Positions 58,620 to 64,000 of a stretch of 64,000 nucleotides of DNA are shown piece by piece. Positions within the stretch are counted from its first letter, which is position 1. Each line of letters opens with the position of its first letter. Origin of the DNA: an uncultured Phycisphaerales bacterium (GTDB lineage: Bacteria; Planctomycetota; Phycisphaerae; Tepidisphaerales; Tepidisphaeraceae); the NCBI GenBank assembly GCA_963755915.1, contig CAVWLP010000003.1, positions 1,056,001-1,120,000 of the forward strand. Reading direction: 5' to 3'. The translations under genes and the position numbers were made by a program. The notes beneath the pieces are model-generated. The model had not been told where the DNA came from. It saw only the letters and a program-made list of their open reading frames with translations, and searched no databases.

Positions 58620-58651
58620 AACCGCCGGGCACTGCCCGGCGGTTTTTGTTT
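58620..58651 (+). terminator. Intrinsic terminator
   Basis: AACCGCCGGGCA-C-TGCCCGGCGGTT followed by TTTGTTTT. Confidence 0.85.
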
Positions 58652-58690
58652 TGCCTCAAAAATGCTGATTTTTCTGGTATATAGTTCTTT

Positions 58691-59878
58691 ATGAAGTTGG
58701 TTCTGGCCGGGGCTTTTCTTATTGCCGGGGCGGTCCTTTCCGGGTGCGCATCGGCGCCGGTTGCCGTGGTCTCGGCGCCGCAGCGGTTGGACGCACGTCC
58801 CTCGATCCCAATTGCCGAATTCCAGGGGACGCCTGCTGAGATCGGCAGCGAGCACGGGACGCGATTTCGATCGCAGATCGGCGAGCTTCACGACAAGTAT
58901 CTGCTGGTTGAGCTCCAGGGCCAGAGCCTGGTGCAGGCAAGGCTGGCGGCGGCAAGCTTCGAGATTTTTATGCCGCCCGATGACCGGGCGGAAATTGAGG
59001 GTTTGGCGCAGGGGTCGGGGCTAAATGTCTATGACGCGGTCCTCGCGCAGTGTTTCCTCGATCTGATGCCGGTGGCGGGGTGCTCGACGATTTCATTGCC
59101 GGCGTCGGCGTCGCCGGACGGGGTGGCGCGGTTTGGGCGGAACCTGGACTTCGATTCCCTGAATGTGCTGGATAAGAATTCGGTTTTGATCGTTTATCAC
59201 CCGAGGAGGAAGTATCAGTTCGCGACGATTGGATGGCCGGGGATGATCGGGGCGGTTTCGGGGATGAATGAATATGGGCTGTGCCTGGCGAACATGGAAG
59301 TGCCGCGCGGGTTTCGGCCGCCGATGGCGATGCCATATACGCTGCTTTATCGGGAGATATTGGAGCGGTGCCGGACAGTGAAGGAGGCAATCGATCTGCT
59401 CAATCGCGAGCCGCGGCAGACGGCGAATAATCTGATGCTGATGGACGCCGCCGGCAATCGCGCGGTGGCGGAGATTCGGCCGGAAGCGGTGACGGTGCGA
59501 TGGGGCCAGGCAGACGCGGCGCTGATCAGCACCAACCATCAGCGCGGGCTCGATACGGCGACGCCGGGATTTTGCTGGCGGTATGACTCGCTCCATGCGG
59601 AATCGGGGCCGGAGATGGGGCATATTGATTTGCCGCACCTGGAGAGGATGCTTGGTGGTGTTGTTCAGGGGGAGGGGGGAAGCATGACGATTGAGTCGAT
59701 GGTGTTTGAGCCGGCAAACCGTGTGGTTTATCTGGCTACGGGGGCGAATGCACCGGCGAATGGGTATGGGAGGATCGATCTTAAGAGTTATTTCCGCGCG
59801 GCGGGCGGCGCTCGGCCAATCTGCCTGAAGGCAGGTGATGATTTCCACATCTTTTGCACCGGTATATGTGGCGCGTAA
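58691..59878 (+). CDS. Peptidase C45 (Ntn-hydrolase) lipoprotein
   Basis: Lipobox LSGC, GCST, GRNLDF, SGMNEYGL, STNH. Confidence 0.85.
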   Translation: MKLVLAGAFLIAGAVLSGCASAPVAVVSAPQRLDARPSIPIAEFQGTPAEIGSEHGTRFRSQIGELHDKYLLVELQGQSLVQARLAAASFEIFMPPDDRAEIEGLAQGSGLNVYDAVLAQCFLDLMPVAGCSTISLPASASPDGVARFGRNLDFDSLNVLDKNSVLIVYHPRRKYQFATIGWPGMIGAVSGMNEYGLCLANMEVPRGFRPPMAMPYTLLYREILERCRTVKEAIDLLNREPRQTANNLMLMDAAGNRAVAEIRPEAVTVRWGQADAALISTNHQRGLDTATPGFCWRYDSLHAESGPEMGHIDLPHLERMLGGVVQGEGGSMTIESMVFEPANRVVYLATGANAPANGYGRIDLKSYFRAAGGARPICLKAGDDFHIFCTGICGA

Positions 59879-59978
59879 GTTGTTTTTTGAACTGCGCTTA
59901 GACGTTGGTCGCAAAATCCGATATGAAGCGGTGCAAATTCGCCCTTGCTTTTTGGTCGGATACCGTTAATATCTTAAG

Positions 59979-60141
59979 AGCGTATCGGGCGTTGAGCCGC
60001 CGATGCGGTTGGAAAAGAAAAGAGCGTTTGGGGGAAGGGGTCCCAAACGATTTACAATCCTCAACCGTCCAAGCACCCCCTTGGACGACCTCCCTTCCTA
60101 AAGGGAGTTACGCCCCGGATCCCCCCGTCCGGGGCCTTTTT
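59979..60141 (+). ncRNA. Candidate multi-hairpin small RNA
   Basis: Five consecutive stem-loops, last followed by T run; TTGCTT-16 bp-TAATAT upstream. Confidence 0.55.
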
Positions 60142-60272
60142 ATGCGCCGAGCGGGGAGAGAGTTGAGGGGAATGCGGAGACACGGCGAGCCGTTCGGCGA
60201 CGCTCACGGCGAGCAAGCCCGCCGGCTACACGCGCGGGATGCGGAAATCAGATTTTTATTTGATCGCGGGTG

Positions 60273-62288
60273 CTATTTGTGTGACGGTGACGGCGCCGGG
60301 GCTTCGCTGAAATTCCAATAGCGTTTCATCTGGACGATCGCGGAATCCTGGCCGCCGGATCGCTTGTCGGAGTTTTCGAGCCACTGGGCGGCTTGTCCGA
60401 GATGGTGGGAATTGTAATAGACGTAGGTTAGCAGGAACGAGTGGAGGGTGTCGTCGGGGGCATCCTGGGAAATCTGCTTCAAATCGGTAATCAGAGATTT
60501 GAGGCGATCGGCGCCGAGATGCTTCTGAAGGTCGTACTGTCCGAGGAGAACGGCGGGGTCCTGAGCGACGGCGACGTGAATGTCGGCGTTGGCCTGGGCG
60601 TAATAGCCGCCGCCAAGCTCCGCGGTGGCGCGGGCCATGAGAATCAGTGGATTGTTGGGGGCGGCGTCGATGGCCTCGTTGTAATTGGTAATGGCTTTGT
60701 CGTAGCGCTGGCTCTGGACGTTTTGCTCGGCGGTGCCGATCAGGTCGGCCAAACCCTTGGACCTGATTCCGTTGGCATAGCTGTCGATTGGAATGGGGGC
60801 CGGGGAGGCGGGCGGGGCAGTCAGGGGCGCCGGCCCGCCAAGATTGGTCGGGAGCTTGCTGAAATCGGGAGCGGCTCTATTGGGTTCAGCCTGGCTTGGT
60901 ACGGCTTCCTGTGGCGATCCGCCGTTGGCGTTGTTTTGATCGGGACTTGGAATACCGCTGGGCAGACCACCCGGCAACTGCGTGGGGGCGGCTGTCTTTC
61001 CGGCGAGAACATCGGCGCCGCTCTCGGCGTTGGTTTGCGCCAATTGCTGAAGGCGGCGAATCTCCTGGAACTTGCGGTTGGCCTGTTCGTCGGTCATGGA
61101 ATGCGAGCTGTCATAATCCTCCATGTTTTGACGCAGCTTGGCGTACAAGGCGCTCTGCTGCGTGGGGGGTGGGAGGCTCGCGTCGCTGGGCAAATACGTG
61201 CGATTCGACTGATCGGTGGAAACGTCCCCGGCCGCGGGGGTGAGACTGGAGGACTGCAACTGCGAGTTATTTGAGTTCACATCGGTAAGCGGCTGATTGA
61301 AGCTCGAGGTTTGGCTGCCGGGCTGCAACGGCTGAAGCAGGGAGGCTCCGGAGCCATTTGCAATGCTGCCAGTTGTGCCACTTTGTGCGGAGTTGGCGGC
61401 GGAGGGGATTGGATTCTGCAGCGTGAGTTCCTGGCGAATCTGACGAATGCGCGCCTGGACCGGCATGGGTCCGACGGAGGTGGAACTTCCCTGCGTCTGG
61501 TTGGGACCGAAGACGGAGGATTGCTGGTTTGCCTGGCTGTTGTTGGGATTGTAAAGGTTTTGACCGCTGTTTTGCGTGAGTTGGGAGTTGTCGGTGTTGA
61601 GCTGGACGGTTCCCCAAAGGGCGGAGCCGGAGAGCAACTGCTGAGCGCTTTCGGAGGGATTTACGCTGGAATCCACAGGGCCCGGAACGACGATCTGATC
61701 GGGCTTGGGTAGAACCTGGGTCTGTCCACTGAAGTCGATGGTGCCCAGACGCACGTCCTGAGGGGACTGGGCGAGGGGCTGCTGAAGCGTGAATCCGGGG
61801 GTTCCGGAAGTCGCCGCGGTTCCGTTTAAGCTGGTGTCGGGCGGGGCCTGGATGTGATTCGACAAGCCGTAATAAATCTGCGAAGGCGAAGAGCCCTGGG
61901 CATAGTTGCCGGAGGAGGCCGTTGGGTTGGCCATGGTGGGGACGCCAGTGGAGTTTGCGATGAACTGGTCGACTCCCTGTCCCGGGATAAGTCCGCGGAA
62001 GGCGAAGGGATCGGTGTACCCTACGCCAAGGTTAACGCCGTCAATTTCCGGGCCGCGGAAAGAATAGCCGTTGCGGGCGTTGCCGGTCGCGATGGCATTG
62101 TTGTACTGCGTCCAGCTCTGGACGGTGTTTGCAGGGTTATTGAACCCCCCGCTGCCGACCTGGGGGTTGGCGTCCATGGCCTGACCATTGGTGTTGACGC
62201 GCATCTGGCCGATTGCCGGAGCGGCGGCGAAAGCGGCGCCGCCCAGCGCCGCGAGCATTACGACATACGAGCGTTTACCACACTTCAT
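60273..62288 (-). CDS. Exported Q/N/P-rich protein with C-terminal TPR
   Basis: Signal peptide, low-complexity middle, YDKAITNYNEAIDAAPNNPL. Confidence 0.75.
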   Translation of the reverse strand: MKCGKRSYVVMLAALGGAAFAAAPAIGQMRVNTNGQAMDANPQVGSGGFNNPANTVQSWTQYNNAIATGNARNGYSFRGPEIDGVNLGVGYTDPFAFRGLIPGQGVDQFIANSTGVPTMANPTASSGNYAQGSSPSQIYYGLSNHIQAPPDTSLNGTAATSGTPGFTLQQPLAQSPQDVRLGTIDFSGQTQVLPKPDQIVVPGPVDSSVNPSESAQQLLSGSALWGTVQLNTDNSQLTQNSGQNLYNPNNSQANQQSSVFGPNQTQGSSTSVGPMPVQARIRQIRQELTLQNPIPSAANSAQSGTTGSIANGSGASLLQPLQPGSQTSSFNQPLTDVNSNNSQLQSSSLTPAAGDVSTDQSNRTYLPSDASLPPPTQQSALYAKLRQNMEDYDSSHSMTDEQANRKFQEIRRLQQLAQTNAESGADVLAGKTAAPTQLPGGLPSGIPSPDQNNANGGSPQEAVPSQAEPNRAAPDFSKLPTNLGGPAPLTAPPASPAPIPIDSYANGIRSKGLADLIGTAEQNVQSQRYDKAITNYNEAIDAAPNNPLILMARATAELGGGYYAQANADIHVAVAQDPAVLLGQYDLQKHLGADRLKSLITDLKQISQDAPDDTLHSFLLTYVYYNSHHLGQAAQWLENSDKRSGGQDSAIVQMKRYWNFSEAPAPSPSHK

Positions 62289-62621
62289 TGGCGATCCTTG
62301 TTTGAATCTGAATTATATCATTCCCCATACCGCCTCACGGCACAAAAACGCGATTTGTATCCTTATAGATGGCCGGGATGGGCTAAAAGTTGCAGTTTTT
62401 CGCTGTTTTGGGCGATCTGGCCGCCTATACAGCTATATCGGTAGATAAACTAGGGGAGATGTGGAGCGGACACAAGCGGTGTGGCGGCGGGCGGGGTTTT
62501 TGCCCTCACGGCCGCTAAAAACCGTAAACTTGGACTGATTTTTGGGGGCTGAGGTGTGCGAAAGCGCTCCCCTGCATTAGATCGCGCTTTGGGGAGGGAA
62601 CTGGTTTTGCAGTTAGTACGG

Positions 62622-62791
62622 CGGATCCGCCTAAATCGTGTGAGAGCGGTTGATCAAACCCTGAAAGTAAGTGGGTGATTGTCCGAAGCAGGAGGGTTCT
62701 CCTGTTACCCGGCGGGACAGGCTTCCCATCTTTAAAACTCGACGCGTGAGCATCAAGTGCGGGCGTGCCATTTCGCCGGCGGCTATCCCCA
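62622..62791 (-). ncRNA. ssrS: Probable 6S RNA
   Basis: ~170 nt rod: closing stem GGAT(AG)CCGCC/GGCGGATCC, central bubble, inner stem with GGGAAGCC..CACCCACTT..GGGTTTGA; TATAAT at 62799-62804 on minus strand. Confidence 0.6.
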
Positions 62792-62920
62792 AGGGTTGAT
62801 TATAGGTTTAACCAATATGGCTCTCCAATCACCTAGAAAAGCAGAACATCCGTACGTTGGAAATAATATCGGTCGTCGGCGCGCGGGCAATGAAAGAATT
62901 GGTTAAAAAGGCGCTGGCGG

Positions 62921-62952
62921 AAAAAAATAAAACGGCCTGAAAAATCAGGCCG
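62921..62952 (-). terminator. Intrinsic terminator of response regulator gene
   Basis: CGGCCTGA-AAAA-TCAGGCCG with long T run on the minus strand. Confidence 0.75.
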
Positions 62953-62996
62953 ATTTGGCGCACTTTTTTCTTGACTATTGAAACGGATAACGATCG

Positions 62997-64000
62997 TCAA
63001 AACGGGGGCGGTTCGCCGCGTTTCCACCAGTCGGCGTCGTCCTTTTTCTTGCGGCGGGGCGAGGAATCGTCGGGCCCGTCCATGAGGGGTCCGTCGAACT
63101 TTTCGTCGTCTTGCTCATCATCGCCATAGTCGTTGCCATCTTCGCCGCGAACCATGGTCGCCAGCGTCACCGCGAAGACGGGGGCGATGGCGCGAAGCGT
63201 GGCGGCATCTTCGGGAGAAAACGGCTTGGACCCCTCCCGGAAAAGCACGATGCTGGCTAGCGATTCGCCCAGGTACGTGCAGTGAATTCCCAGGACGGTC
63301 TGGTTGCGCAGCAGTTGGGCTTCGGCGGGGCTCATGACCTTCATCGCTTCGCTGGCCTCCAGGTGCATCATGCCGTCCCGGCGGATGATCTGGAGCAGCC
63401 CGCCCCGCATCGCTTCGGTGAGCGCAGGGTCGCCGGGAATGGTGTATTTCATGTAAGCGCCGAGCTGAAAATCGGGGTCCGGCCCCGCCAGCCAGATGGC
63501 GACGTTGGAATACCCGATCTGGCGGAGGATCCAGTCCATCGCATGGCAGAGCATCTGCTCCAGGTCTTCGGAGGCGACGATCACCCCCCGGAAGGATTCG
63601 ACGATCCTGACGAGATCGAGCTGACGGGAGAGATCGCCGTAGGCGGCGACCAGATCGTTGCACAGCAGGTCGACCTTGCGGGTGACGAGCCTGCGGGCGT
63701 CGTTGAGCCGGCGGACGGCCAGGCGGAGCCGCTCGACGCGGTTTTCCGACTTCACCCGCTGTGCGTTGCGGTGCAGTGCCGAGCGAACCCGGTGGACGAA
63801 ATCATCCGGCATGAGCGGTTTGCTCATGAAATCGACGGCGCCGTGACGCAGGGCGGAAATGGCGGTATCCACCGTGGGGGCGCCGGTGACGACGATGGCG
63901 CTGGCCAGCGGCTGGCGAGCCTTGAGGGTGGCGAGCAGCTCGCTCCCGTCCCCGTCGGGAAGATTCAGATCGACGATGAGCAGATCGACCGGCTGGGTTT
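62997..64000 (-). CDS. Response regulator with coiled coil and GAF-like domain, 5' partial
   Basis: VDLLIVDLNLPDGDG, IVVTG, GAVDFMSKP; acidic tail ending DWWKRGEPPPF. Confidence 0.85.
   Translation of the reverse strand, partial: TQPVDLLIVDLNLPDGDGSELLATLKARQPLASAIVVTGAPTVDTAISALRHGAVDFMSKPLMPDDFVHRVRSALHRNAQRVKSENRVERLRLAVRRLNDARRLVTRKVDLLCNDLVAAYGDLSRQLDLVRIVESFRGVIVASEDLEQMLCHAMDWILRQIGYSNVAIWLAGPDPDFQLGAYMKYTIPGDPALTEAMRGGLLQIIRRDGMMHLEASEAMKVMSPAEAQLLRNQTVLGIHCTYLGESLASIVLFREGSKPFSPEDAATLRAIAPVFAVTLATMVRGEDGNDYGDDEQDDEKFDGPLMDGPDDSSPRRKKKDDADWWKRGEPPPF

Noticed and set aside
62750-62772. Sigma54 promoter at TGGCAC on the minus strand
   Set aside because: No GC at the -12 position, and it lies inside the probable 6S RNA

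Overview
High-GC bacterial chromosome segment. Gene content (PEP-CTERM-type proteins, McsAB, OprO/P-like porins, Uma2, YggS with an insertion) suggests Planctomycetota, probably Phycisphaerae; this is inference. Many conserved genes are split by single-base indels, most likely long-read errors, so split ORFs were rejoined by eye. Main content: (1) a ~9.4 kb nitrogen-assimilation cluster with four glutamine synthetases of all three classes (GSIII, GSII, two divergent GSI-beta) around an atypical ACT-ACT plus single-NTase GlnE-like enzyme, with structured leaders; (2) a large repeat-rich PEP-CTERM surface protein gene cut just before its anchor by a complete IS21 element with a 4-bp target duplication; (3) a duplicated trpE 5' end bracketing two paralogous membrane-protein genes next to a PIN toxin-antitoxin pair; (4) scattered phosphate genes (two porins preceded by a small ORF, pstB-phoU); (5) a probable 6S RNA and a candidate novel five-hairpin sRNA with C-rich loops; (6) several families of short palindromic intergenic repeats. 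No rRNA, tRNA or CRISPR array was recognised.
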